Shown here piece after piece: positions 52,550-64,000 of a stretch of DNA of 64,000 nt; the stretch's first letter is position 1, and every line of letters begins with the position of its first letter. The stretch is from the human T2T-CHM13v2.0 reference genome, Homo sapiens. A model generated the notes under the pieces. The model was not told the origin of the DNA and made no database searches. It saw nothing but the letters and a program-made list of their open reading frames with translations. The stretch is from the NCBI RefSeq assembly GCF_009914755.1, contig NC_060932.1. One strand, written 5' to 3'. The translations under genes were made by a program, and so were the position numbers.

Positions 52550-53926
52550 GAGTGGTGAAAGACAGGGAACCCTGTGTTACCATCAATATATATGCAATAA
52601 TACTTTGTAAATTTTGGTAATATAAAGTTAAGGAATCAAGTAATGAATATAAGATATTTAATAAAAGAGGCTCAGGTTAAATCACTGAAAGTGTGTTACT
52701 GATACCAGAAAATGATCAGAGCATACGTATATTGAAACCATTCAACAAAGATGACAAGCTCTTACTAAGACCTGAAAAGAGCTGGCCTGTGAGTTCTGTG
52801 CCTTGCATATCTGCACCAAAAGGTTTTGAACCTTCTAATAAATTACTATACTTTGTACATCTATCCAATAAGCCAATTCCAATGCTGTTTTTTGCTTGAC
52901 TATGAAGCCTAATCCTATATCAAGAAATTCTCATGTCTCCATTTAAAAAGCAGTCTATAAAATTGGCAGGATATTTGCACGTTGAAATATAGCATCTGCC
53001 TACCTCTTACTAATTAAAGCTTAAATGTTATTCTCCTACTGTAATGTTCCTTGAGTTGACATAATCATTATGCATTTTATTCATTATATGTTTCTGAACT
53101 TTCATTCTTATAGAAAATCCGGCAAAAGATAATTTTATAATATCTCTTCCTCTTTTATTTATGCTACACTATTTCACTGTATAGCTTCCTAGGAGAATTA
53201 ACATATATGTGCGAATATTTATATATGATGACTTATATCACATATTATGGATTTGTCATATAGGAAGTGAAAATCATACACAATGACACTGAGTTCTTCA
53301 GAATGATTTCCTGACATTAGATGTATTGGTATTTGTCATCAGAACATTTTACATTCTTAAAATTTAGTAACATTGGGTCTCACTCTTTATTTAAAATTAA
53401 ATTAAAATTCATTTTTTAAAGAATTGATGTTACCGTATATTTGTAAATACACACACACACAAACACACAGTTCTACAAAATAAACTCATAGCACAAATAA
53501 GTTACAGATAACTTAAAAAATTTTAATTCCTTTCTTCTGGATTTTGAAATTAATTTAGTCACGTGTTTTACATCTGAAATGTACAATTTTTGTTGTGAAG
53601 TATTTATTGTCAAATTGTTATGATTCTCTCTCAATGGGTGATTTTATTCTCACAAGGAAGCAGTGGGATATAACAGAGTGAACATGAGATTTGTATTAAG
53701 ATGTGAATTTTTCCAGCTTTGGCACATAAGCTTCTTGATCATAAGCAGAGCCCAAGTTCTCTGAAATTTAAAAGTAAAATAAAAATAATAAAATATAAAC
53801 TTAAAAAAACTGCATTGGTTGACATACATATTTGTGTATTCCCATTTATATGCCATGTCAGGCATATTACAGGGTGAGATATCTCTGTCTACACAAATTA
53901 TCATTTTTCATAAACAACTTTGACAT

Positions 53927-54726
53927 TGAAATGAGAAAGGGTCCCTTGTCCCCCTCGCAGGGAGTTCGATGGGGGTGTGGCTCGCTTCTTCAGTGCCCCG
54001 CTGCTCAAACCTCTAGGGGAGCATACAGACGGGCAGGCTGTGGGCCTCTCACCCCAGGGCAGTGTATAGGGGTGAATGTTTACGGCTCCTGAAACCCCAG
54101 TGGGCATGTGCTCCAGGGCGCTCTTTTAGTTTGCCGTCTGCAGGTGGTTTGTGTTAGCTCAGTTAGACCCTCTACCTTGTGGCAAGGACAGAGGGCTTTC
54201 TCTATCCTGGGGTTTCTTGTCTTGGCGTACCGGAAGAATCGGCTCACGCGTGGGCTCGGAGAATGAGTTCAAGGTTTTATTGAGTGGAAGTAGCTCTCAG
54301 CAGATGCGGGAGCCATTAGGGAGATGGTTTTCCCCTGCAGTCAGGCTGCTTGGAAGCCTGGACTGTCCTCCAACTGCCCCAGCCAAACTCCGCGTCGTTC
54401 CACCTATCAATGGCCCGCCAGCCTGTAGGTGTCTGTTGGTGTGCCCTCCACGAGCAGCCGCTTGTGTCTTCTTCCGCTGATGTGTTCCTCACGACGTCCA
54501 GCTGCTTGTGTCTGCCCGCTAAGGTCTCGGGTTTTTATAGGGCCAGGATGGGGGCATGGCGGGCCAAGGTGGTCTTGGAAAATGCAACATTTGCATGAAA
54601 GCAGGAGTGCCTGTCCTCACCTAAGTCCGTGGGTGTAGAGCCCTAGCCAGGGACCTGCCTTTCTCTTCCCCACTTTAGTATTATTTAAAGGGACTACGCT
54701 CTCCCGTTCCCAGCACTATCGTATCA
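53927..54726 (-). mobile_element. ERV1 solo LTR, LTR1/LTR28 family
   Basis: TG..CA termini, perfect 4-bp TSD ACAT (53923-26, 54727-30), minus-strand CTATAAAA and AATAAA, GC/CpG-rich, matches recalled LTR1 motifs (CCTAGGTGAGGACAGGCAC-like, GAGGGGGACAAGGGA). Confidence 0.88.
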
Positions 54727-54774
54727 ACATTCATGTCCCCCTTCATGTATTTGGACACTTAGATCTAAAATGAT

Positions 54775-55215
54775 TGAAAACTAACTTTTCACTTGGAAAA
54801 ACAGACCCAAGATGCAGATGCAGACAAGCATGCGTGTGGTTGATTTCGGTGTGTTGCAGAGATCATCCCTTGTGGAAAAGAAAAGAAGCAAATAGGGCTG
54901 GGCAAAGGGAGGAGATGGGTTGGGAAGCATCCAGCAAAGTTTTCATCTGACCCCCTCTAAAACAAGAATGGACCTTCAGTATTGCCTCAAATTGAGGCAA
55001 AGGGGTCAGACCTTTATGTGTCTTGTCATTAGATACAGATACAGACTTCTCTGGGAAAAGGTATGATAGGGAGTGAGAAAAATCTTTCTAGCTGAGACAA
55101 TTCCCAAAGAGGTCTGACAATTGAGGGATGTCTTCTGCCAGCACTTTCAGCAGCAGGCAAAATAATTCTTTCAGTCCTGAAGGGGTATCTGGGTGACACA
55201 TCAGAGCATAATGAT
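54775..55215 (-). mobile_element. ERVL LTR16-like
   Basis: GGGCAAAGGGAG.AG.TG, ATGG.CCTTCAG, GCTGAG.CAATTCCC, CTGAAGGGG.ATCTGGGTG.CACATCA. Confidence 0.65.
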
Positions 55216-57919
55216 AACACTTTAAAAAAAGAAATGTTGAATAAAGTGAATTTCCTACCCTACAGTCATTCTCTACCTTTTTATTTACTAGTAAAAATTC
55301 AATTAAGTTCAATTTACTCTAGCAGTTATTTACTTCAAGAAAGACGTTTGCATCCCTAGATAACAGATCTACGGAAAGAATTATGGTTTATACAACTGGT
55401 GCTTTTCTCCTGGAGTTCCGGGAGAGAATTAAGCCCAGATGCCCTAAGGCATTCATTTTATGGAATAAACTAACTTCTCTCCTATGTATCTAAAATGGCG
55501 CTGGCTATGTACAGTACCATCCTTGAGAGAAATAACACAGTATCTCAAGTAATTTACTAGAGCTTCATTCTGCCTTTTACTCTGGTTGGAGAAGTCTCAT
55601 TAGCCTTTCCATGGAAGGCATCCTAAAACAATTCAGAGAGCTTGTTGGAAGGTTTTTCTTGTTCATAAAAAGTATGTTAAGAGAGGGATAATTTCTTACT
55701 TATCTAGAAGCTAGCATGTAAAGATAAATCGCCTAAATGTTATATGAAGGTATAGTGACCATATATGGAGAAAAAAAAAACCTGCTGAGAATTGCAGAGT
55801 GAGAAGATGAAGAGAAAATAAATTATCTATGACTGCACTTAGTCTGAGAATTAAATATTCTTGGCTCCTCTCTGTTAACACCCATCAGCATAAGTGAGAT
55901 AATAAAACTCTTATTTAACACATTAAGATTTTTTTTTCTGTATTTATGGTTGAAAGCATCTTCATTGTCACCATAGTTAACAACTTACCTACTTACGACT
56001 ACTTCCAAAACCTTTTTTCCACTATTTGTGCTTCCTACTAGACATACCTGATGCCAAAATATGGTAGTGCTTAACAAAATGAAACATATTAAAAATAAGC
56101 CAACAAATGTGTCTATGAATCTACAGAAGCTAGACAAGGTATCTGAGACTGTATTTCTCTTCAATTCATAGGTCTGGACCCATTGCTTTTCCAACAGGGG
56201 ACTTAGTTTAGAATACTTTCCATACTACTCACCGTACTTGAAGGAGTCAGCTGTCCTTAGTTGCTTGGACCCTAGCACCCTTCTTTTTAGCAGTGAGTTC
56301 CTGTTTGCCACTTTTTCAAGGACAGGATGAAGATAAAGAGTTTAGAAAGAGTAAGTGATAGAGAAATGGGTTACTGCTGGTTTTATTTCATATTTAACCA
56401 AGCGATAAGTCAACAACTCTTGTTCTGTAGAGCTGCTTCTCCAAAATCATTATTATTTTGAATGTAAATTAAAAAAATAGTTTTAGACTAGAAATAAATT
56501 GTGATAAAATTTCATGGATATTGAAGTACCAATAATCTTCTTGTCAAAATTATTGCATGGTTTTGAAACTCAGTGTCCTAATTAATCAAATAAAGGCTAT
56601 TGATTTCATGATTTCTAACTTTCTTTCAAATCCAAACACTGTCAAATCGATATTGAGTGAAAATACTATGGACAGGAGTCTTATTTTTAATGTATTAAAT
56701 ATCTTTAAAATATACATCATATACTTTTAAAGTTTTTTACAAATAAAAGATAATGGTAGTCAGGATGATTTGTGAACCTCTCACACAGTAATAGCAAAAA
56801 AATTTCAGAATATATTTAAGAATGTTTGTTGTTAAGAAAACAATCTTTAAGAACTGCATATTAATTAAAATATCTTTATATTTTAATAAATATACTTGTA
56901 TCAGTAAAATCATGGTCATGATTTTAAGAAGAAAATAATGCAGTTAAAATATTTCATATATAACATGAAACAAAAAATGGAAATTTATAGGTGGAGTAGC
57001 AACTAAAAATGTATGTTATTTCATGAGAAATAAGTAGTTAAAATGAGAATAAATTAAGATCCTAAGAGCAACTATAAGTGCTGACTTATGGATTTTTTTT
57101 AATATTCTCTTGTTTCTTATCATTTCAAGATTAATATTATTGAACATTGCATTGATTCAGGAAATCCTTTGTGTTATTTTCTATTATTGACATGAGGTTA
57201 TTTAATAACCACTATATAATCTATTCTTTTCTTTTAGGGAATAATGGAATAAATAAATTATGGCTGTTAACTAAAACTCCCTAATAAGAACTTTTTTTCT
57301 AAAATTTGCTTGCCCATCTTTTAGAGAAATAAATATATATATACATAACTTCAAAACATAAAACAAGCAAGTCTAGCTGAGTTTAGATCATGCTAGATTG
57401 TATTTAATATTTCTACTAACAGACATCACAGGGGCTTGACACTTACACTCACCCTGAATGTGTAAGAGAATTAAGATTATTTATGATCACTGCCAATCAA
57501 TTATCTTCTAAAAATTGGGTCAGAATTGATTACTTATACACAAATGGCACAATTGCCACTTTGAAGCAAATATGCTTATAGTCAAAAGCTTATGTATCCA
57601 CTTCCTAAAAAATAGAATGGGTAAGATTTGCAGTTATGACCAAACATGGCAAAAAGGAAAGAAATTAAAATAAATATAATGAGAGCAGAAAATGTTGTAG
57701 TAAATATAAATATTATGCAATTATTTTTTTCTTCCTTTTTTTTTTGGTAGTACAAGCTAAATAAATAGAAGGCTTTAGCTTCTATTCATATTGAATTAAC
57801 CCAGACCAAATTAATCCTCCAGTATTAAGCATCTTAAAAAGACAAAATATATGAAAAAAATGGCTTTCAGACAATGGATTAGAAAGCAAAAATACTGAAA
57901 TAAACAAATGATCCTCATG

Positions 57920-60120
57920 ATTGCCTCTGGCTCACCATCTTGAAAAGATTTCTAGACTAGAGAGCAGGAAAGGAGACAGGGAAACTCAAGCTAAACCTGG
58001 TGGTTTATCTGAGTAAAAGATACAAGCTTCTGAGTTCTAGGGGCAAGACAGCTAGAATGGCCAAGGCAGAATACCAGAGAAAAGAGAGTTGCTTGGAAAG
58101 ATGGAGGCAGCGCTGGGGAACAGCAGAGCTTTCTCACTGAGTCCTTGGCTGAGAGCTGTTATGTGGCTGTAGAAAGAAAACTACCTGGGGCTAGAGAAAT
58201 ACCACTGGAAAGAAATAGGCAACATAATTTCATGACAAGACCTAATAGATGATGCATTAGTAGAATCCACTAGAAGTTATTACATCAATAGTTGAGCTAA
58301 ATTGGACCTGAACTAAAGACTGTTTATACTGGCTTAAAAAAAAAAAGGAAAAAAGAAAAAAACAAAGCCTCAAAAAATTGCCAGTTACTTAACTGTATAC
58401 CAGAAAGCACAATACTTTTTAAAGTCATATAAGAAAATACAGCACACCAAAATGTAAAATTCTCAATACATGTATTTATTTAAAAATGTGTAATACATTT
58501 AAAGAAGCAGAAAAATGTGACCTACAACCAGTAATAATTCTGTCAACAGAAACAGGCAGAAGAATAGATGAGCATGATGGAAGATACATTTACAACTCCA
58601 CAAGCAAAGTCAAATTTCAAGACATGTAAAATACAGGATCTAAGATGAAAAACACACTGTATGAGATGAACAGCATATTACACACTGTAAAATAAAATAC
58701 TCATGTACTCGAGAATGTAGCAGCAGAAGCTATCCAAATAAAACCCAAAAAGGAATAAAACGAAGAATTATACACAGAGCAGTAGCGAGTTGTGGAGCAA
58801 ATTTAGGCAGTCTAAAATACACGTAATTGGGGTTCAGGAAAAAAAGCAGCAGGTAAATATTGTAGAAATCACAACCAAAATCTGTTTTGAAAATTTGATG
58901 AAAATCAAATCTCTAAATATACAAAGGGATTAATAAATAAAAAAAAAAGAAATATTAAGGAAGCGCCATTGAGTTGATATGTAATTCAATTGTTGAAGTG
59001 TAGAGAAAAAGAGTATTAAAAACACCTAGGAAAAAAGGAAAATTACTTACAGAGGACCAAAGATGCCATTAAACATCTCATCATAAACGCCATAATTTAA
59101 TGATATAGTTTGGATGTTTGTCCCCTTTAAATCTCATGTTTAAATGTAATCTCCAATGTTGGAGATGGCGCCTGGTGGGAGGTGTTTGGGTCATGGGGAT
59201 GAACCTCTCATGAATGGCTTGGTGCCATCCTTGCAGCATTGAGTGAGCTCTCACTATACAAGTTCACACAAGATCTGGCTGTTTAAGAGAGCCTGGAACA
59301 TTCTCCTCTTTCTCTTGCTCCCTTTCTCGCCATGTGACACATTGGCTCTGCCTTCACCTTTTACCATGATTGTAAGCTCCTTGAAGCCCTCACCAGAGGC
59401 AGATCCTAGCACCATGCTGGCGAACCAAAACTGTGAGCCAAAATAAACCTGTTTTGTTTGTAAATTACCCAGTCTGAGGTATTTATTAATAGCAACACAA
59501 AAGACTAATACAGCTAAAAAATATATATTTAAAATACTAACAGGTGGAGATAGTTGTAGGACAAAATTGTCAACCAAAAATTAGATACCCAGCCAAAATA
59601 TCTTTTAAAAATGAGATGAAATAAACACTTTCTAAGACATATAGACATATTCAGCTGACAGAATTCATCACCAATAATTGAATACTACAAGAAATGTTAA
59701 AGAAAGTCCTTTATAGAGAAGGAAAATAATACTAGGTAGAAACTTGGTTTATTCATGAAGGAATAAAGAGTACCAGAAGAGGTAATTGTGTAGATAAATA
59801 CAGAATAAGTTTTCATTATCCTTCAAAGATAATGACAAAATAAAATGAAGTGAATATAATAACAAAGTAAAGTATACTTTATAGGACTTGTAACATTAAT
59901 TTCTATTGCAAAACAAAACAATACTAAAAGAGATGTAGGAAAATGGAAGTAGACTGTTGCAATGTTCTCATACTATATGTGAAGTGCAATCACTGTTTGA
60001 AGGTAGACTGTAACACATTAAAGATTTATACATTAAAATAAAACATCACATGAAATCTATTATATCAAGTAGAAAATAAATTAAAAATGAAGTCTAATGA
60101 TATAAGACTAATGAAATAAC
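57920..60120 (+). mobile_element. old L1M 5' region/ORF1, interrupted by MSTB
   Basis: ORF1-like DNA (GAAGCTATCCAAA..GAGTTGTGG..TAATTGG.GT..CAG.., ATACCCAGC.AAAATATC.TT.AAAAATGA, GAATTCATCACCA, CTACAAGAAATGTTAAAG). Confidence 0.75.
59101..59512 (+). mobile_element. MSTB-like solo LTR
   Basis: TGATATAGTTTGGATGTTTGTCCCC...CTCATGAATGGCTTGGTGCC...TAAATTACCCAG...GACTAATACA. Confidence 0.92.
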
Positions 60121-60529
60121 AGAATTATACAAATGGAGTTAACTATTTAAAATTAATCTTCTGAGATTTGGGAAGAAAAGTCCCTTATATATAGCTTTGT
60201 AAATCTATAATAAACTCATACAATTCATGTATTTATTTCATAATTTTATTTTGATGAATAAATACATCTTGATTGTAATTTTTTAGTCTTATGTCACAAT
60301 AGAGAGATATTAAGGAAAATTTACAGGGAACTCCATTTTACTGCTTATAACTGCACGAACTTACAATGTTCTCAAACTAAAAATATAATATAATTACGGA
60401 CAATACTCACTATTTATATAATACATTTAATATTTGCAACAAAAATTATGAACAAGATCTCCAAAACCTGTGAAACCAAACAAGTCACTCTTATAAATTA
60501 CTCTTATTTATTTTACTGTATTGTGTCTG

Positions 60530-60675
60530 TAATTTCTAAATTTTGATCAATGTACCATGGTTATTTAAGATGTTGACATGAGGAAAAGCTGGCTAAAGAG
60601 TATATAGGAATTTTTTATATTGACAACTCTTCCAAATTTTGTATCTAAAATTTTCAGAATGAAATTTTAAAAATT
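60530..60675 (+). mobile_element. L1MC/ME 3' terminal fragment
   Basis: TGTACCATGGTTAT.TAAGATGTT.ACAT.AGG.AAAGCTGG..AAG.GTATA..GGAA. Confidence 0.7.
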
Positions 60676-61689
60676 CAACAAAGAGAACTAAAGAAAAAAA
60701 AACAAATAAATAGTAAAAAACAAAAGCAAAACTAATACAAAGTAAAATTATAATTGATAAAATAATAAAGATCTGAAAATAGATAAATTCAACCAGACAC
60801 ACAAAAAAGAAAGGAAGCATTGGGACAAAAATCTAGCAGTCAGAAAAGTATATATGTTAAAAAATTAAAAATGGACATAATTATAGCAGTCACTTTTCAA
60901 GAAAGAGAAAATTTATGACTGCAACTTTGATCCTGATCTTTAAAAATTACACTCATTAAAGAGTATAACTTATAACATGATAAAAGCAAAGCAAAACAAA
61001 ACAAAAAACACTAACTCAACATACAACGAATACAGGACATATTAGAGAAATCACTATCTAAATAACGAAAAGCCCTTGATAGTATGTCAAATAGCATTGT
61101 TATCAATATTAAGTCAATGTAATGGAAAACAATTAAATTATAGGTATCAGTACTGGAAAAAAAGGGTAAACTGCCAGATTTTAATTATGTAAAATACACT
61201 GTTTACTTTGGCCAAATTCATCTTCCATATCTTGTGTTACCAGAACCTTTGTTTCTTCCTATTAAGCTGGAAATGCATTCAAATATATGTAATTATTTAG
61301 AGTTCCTTCCTTTCTCTCTCCTACCAGTAACTACAAATTTCGGAATATATTTCCAGTTCATCTATTCAGAATATTTATGCCCTGTTAGCTATCACTATTT
61401 CAGGGAAGGGCACATAAATCAAGGCAGAATAATCTGATAATCTGAAAATCTCCTGGAACTAATTATTTGCTCCTTAGTATTCTCTAAGTGTAATGCAATC
61501 TAACTCAAAAATTGTCAGCTGCAATTGCTACCCCTTCATATGTAAGCCTGACTGAACACACAGTGGAAAGAAAAGAAAACAAAGACAGTCTGCTGATTAC
61601 ATCATTTGACCTCTAGATATAACTGTCTAAAGCCAACATAATCACTGCAATAGGCAGGTGCCCAAGACAGAAAAAAAAATCTTCTTTTC

Positions 61690-61805
61690 TTAAAAACTAA
61701 ATTTTATTGTGCATATTTGGAGTTTACAACGTGACTTTATAGGATACATAATGATAGTCAAGTGGTTACCATAGCAAAGCAGATTAACATATGTTTTATC
61801 TCATT
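61690..61805 (-). mobile_element. L1MA7/8-like 3' terminal fragment
   Basis: TTTATTGTG.ATATTT..G.TTACAAC.TGA..GATACATA..ATAGT..A.TGGTTAC.ATAG..AAGCA.ATTAACATAT. Confidence 0.65.
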
Positions 61806-62036
61806 AATCTGAGTTGGATTTCTTTAACTTGCAATAAAAAGATTCCTGAAAAATAGAGCTAATATGATGATAACAAGAAAGGGGAAATTCATTAGAAATT
61901 ACAATATTATTTAAGAATGAGATGAACTTAGTTTGTCACTTTTCCCAAATGTATTCAATCATTGGATATTTGTAAACCCTAATAATGTCAGGCAAAGCAT
62001 TGAGACATAATATACATATCAGTTAAAAAAACATAA

Positions 62037-62415
62037 TTTGGTGGCGAATTTTGTATGTCAATATGGTTAGGCCAGAGTTACCAGTCATTAGGTCAAACAT
62101 TATTTTGGATGTTTTCATGAAAGGTTTTTTAGAAATAGATTAACATTGAAATCTGTGGACATTGAGTAAAGAGCTTACCCTCCATAATGTGGGCGGGTCT
62201 TATACAATCCATTGATAACTTTAATAGAAGAAAGACTGACCTCCCTCGAGGAAGAGGGAACTCTGCCAGCAAACTGCCTTTGGGCTGGGACCGCAAGTCT
62301 TTCCTGAGTCTCCAGCTTGCTGGCCTACCCTGCAGATTTTGAACTTGCACCTTTAAATCGAGTGAGTCAATTCCTCAAAATGAATACATCTCTCTCTCTC
62401 TCTTTCTAGATAGAT

Positions 62416-62460
<45 letters not shown>

Positions 62461-62555
62461 GATAGATAGATAGATAGGTAAAAATTAAATGTATGTGGTA
62501 CAAAAATATAACAAATACATTCTGTTATATTTTTCTGGAGAACCTGATTAACACA
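62037..62555 (+). mobile_element. MLT2 (MLT2D-like, ERVL) solo LTR
   Basis: AATTTT.TATGTCAA..GGTCAAACA.TA.T.TGGATGTT..CCCTCCATAATGTGGG.GG..CCTGCAGATTTT..TCTGGAGAACC.GA.TAACACA. Confidence 0.88.
62407..62477. repeat. (AGAT)n tetranucleotide STR preceded by (CT)n
   Basis: TAGATAGAT-TAGAT(AGAT)n-GAT-(AGAT)n visible inside the MLT2. Confidence 0.97.
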
Positions 62556-62599
62556 ATTCATACCATCTAATTTATAAATCTAACAAAAATACCAAATGC

Positions 62600-63600
62600 A
62601 TAAAACAACCTCAAGAAGATAATAATCATGATTTATATGAACAATAAATTACAAGAGTCTACTGAGGAATATAATGGATGCTTCAGTGATGGAACATTGT
62701 GTCATGTTTCAGGATGAAACAGAACTTTATTCGATGTAGTTGTAAATATTGTAAACTTTAATACAAATTTTAACATTAATCTGAAATGAAATATTTAGAA
62801 AAATTCTTAGACATTTTATGTCTAGAGATACTAAAAGCACTATTTCTAGTGAACACATAAAATGTATTTTGAAAATTTTAGAAGGTTAAAAATGTGGCTT
62901 TAGGCTTAGAATGAGAATAAATGAACAGAAGAAGATACCCATAAAGAAGCTGTTGTATAACTAAGAACTAAATAAATATCAATACTTATAATATATATAA
63001 CACTTAATATGCTGAGTGTCCTAAGCCCTTGTATGGTAATATGAGGATTACCTGTGTACAACAAGCCTATAAGAGAGGTGAAATTATTATTTCCATTTTA
63101 TTTATGTTACCTATCCAAATTTTGAACTGTAAAGAAACAAAGAAAAAAAAAAGAAAAATGAATAAAACATAACAAACCAAAAGTAAAAGGCAAATATAAA
63201 TGCAACTTACATAAAAATATTGGCAAAGCATATATATGACAAAGTAATAATAATTGCTAGCTAAATAACTCACTTAAATCAATTATTATAAAATATAGTT
63301 AAAATGGGTTTAAAATATAATGCAAAATGTAATCATATTTATATAAATCTATGACATGATAAAATGTCACAGAAGATACACAAAAAGATAACATAAATAA
63401 GTGACTGTGTACAAAACTGCTGAGATCCCAGTAATGTAGATAATCAATTGTCTTGGCCAATTTCAATTTTTTTTTTTTTGATAATGTACTATGGTAACAC
63501 CAAATGTTATCATTGGGGGAAGGAGGGGCAATAGGTACACTGAAGTATTTTTACAATTTTTCGTGAGTCTATATTTCAAAACAAAAAGTTAAAAAGTAAT
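62600..63600 (+). mobile_element. very old L1ME-type fragments
   Basis: A-rich ORF2-like DNA and a 3' terminus TGTACTATGGTA..ATGTTATCATTGGGGGAAG..CAATTTTT.GTGAGTCTA..TTTCAAAA. Confidence 0.5.
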
Positions 63601-64000
63601 GAAAATGCCCGTAATGCCTATAAAGATTTTTCTACATTTATATCAGTAAGTTCAATTTTAATGCAACATAAATATATTTTATCAAGTTACTCTGAATATA
63701 TGAATTTTCAATCTTCCTAAAGATAATTAGCATCAGGCAATAAGAAATAAGTCATTCCTATAAGGGCTGTTTTTCAAATGTGTAAATTAGGAGAATGTTT
63801 CTTTTGTGTAATTTTCTAACATGTAAGAGAAGATTTAAAATGCATGTAGTTACTATTTGAAGAATCAATTTATAAGCATTTCCAGAATAAAACTAATTTA
63901 AGATATAGGCAAGGATCTGAATTAAAGGATTGCTGATAACAGTAAGAGATAGAACACATTAAACTTTTAACATAGGGCTTTGCTTAAAATATTTATGGAA

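Noticed and set aside
53832-54638. Dense ORFs and CpG-island-like composition
   Set aside because: Explained by the GC-rich ERV1 LTR bounded by a 4-bp TSD. It is not a gene or a host CpG-island promoter.

Overview
Primate, most likely human, genomic DNA: AluY, AluS and AluJ copies, THE1/MST LTRs and L1PA are present. The window is very AT-rich and CpG-poor, typical of a gene desert or a very large intron. I find no credible protein-coding exon, RNA gene, CpG-island promoter or prokaryotic-type system. Every recognisable ORF in the track is a transposon remnant (Alu, L1 ORF2, Tigger2 transposase, THE1-int, LTR) or derives from a microsatellite. The content is a layered record of mobile elements: 8 near-complete Alus plus one fragment, many L1 fragments, MaLR/ERVL/ERV1 LTRs, a THE1 provirus lacking its 3' LTR, and a near-full-length Tigger2. 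The most notable structures are a scrambled L1MA whose pieces fit back together (39.3-41.3 kb), the nested Tigger2, THE1 LTRs that differ in DUX4-motif retention, a CpG-retaining ERV1 solo LTR with a perfect octamer, and two non-repetitive islands that may be regulatory or non-coding exons. I do not see evidence for a new biological system. Repeat subfamily names come from recalled consensus sequences and need RepeatMasker/Dfam confirmation. Boundaries of old elements are approximate.
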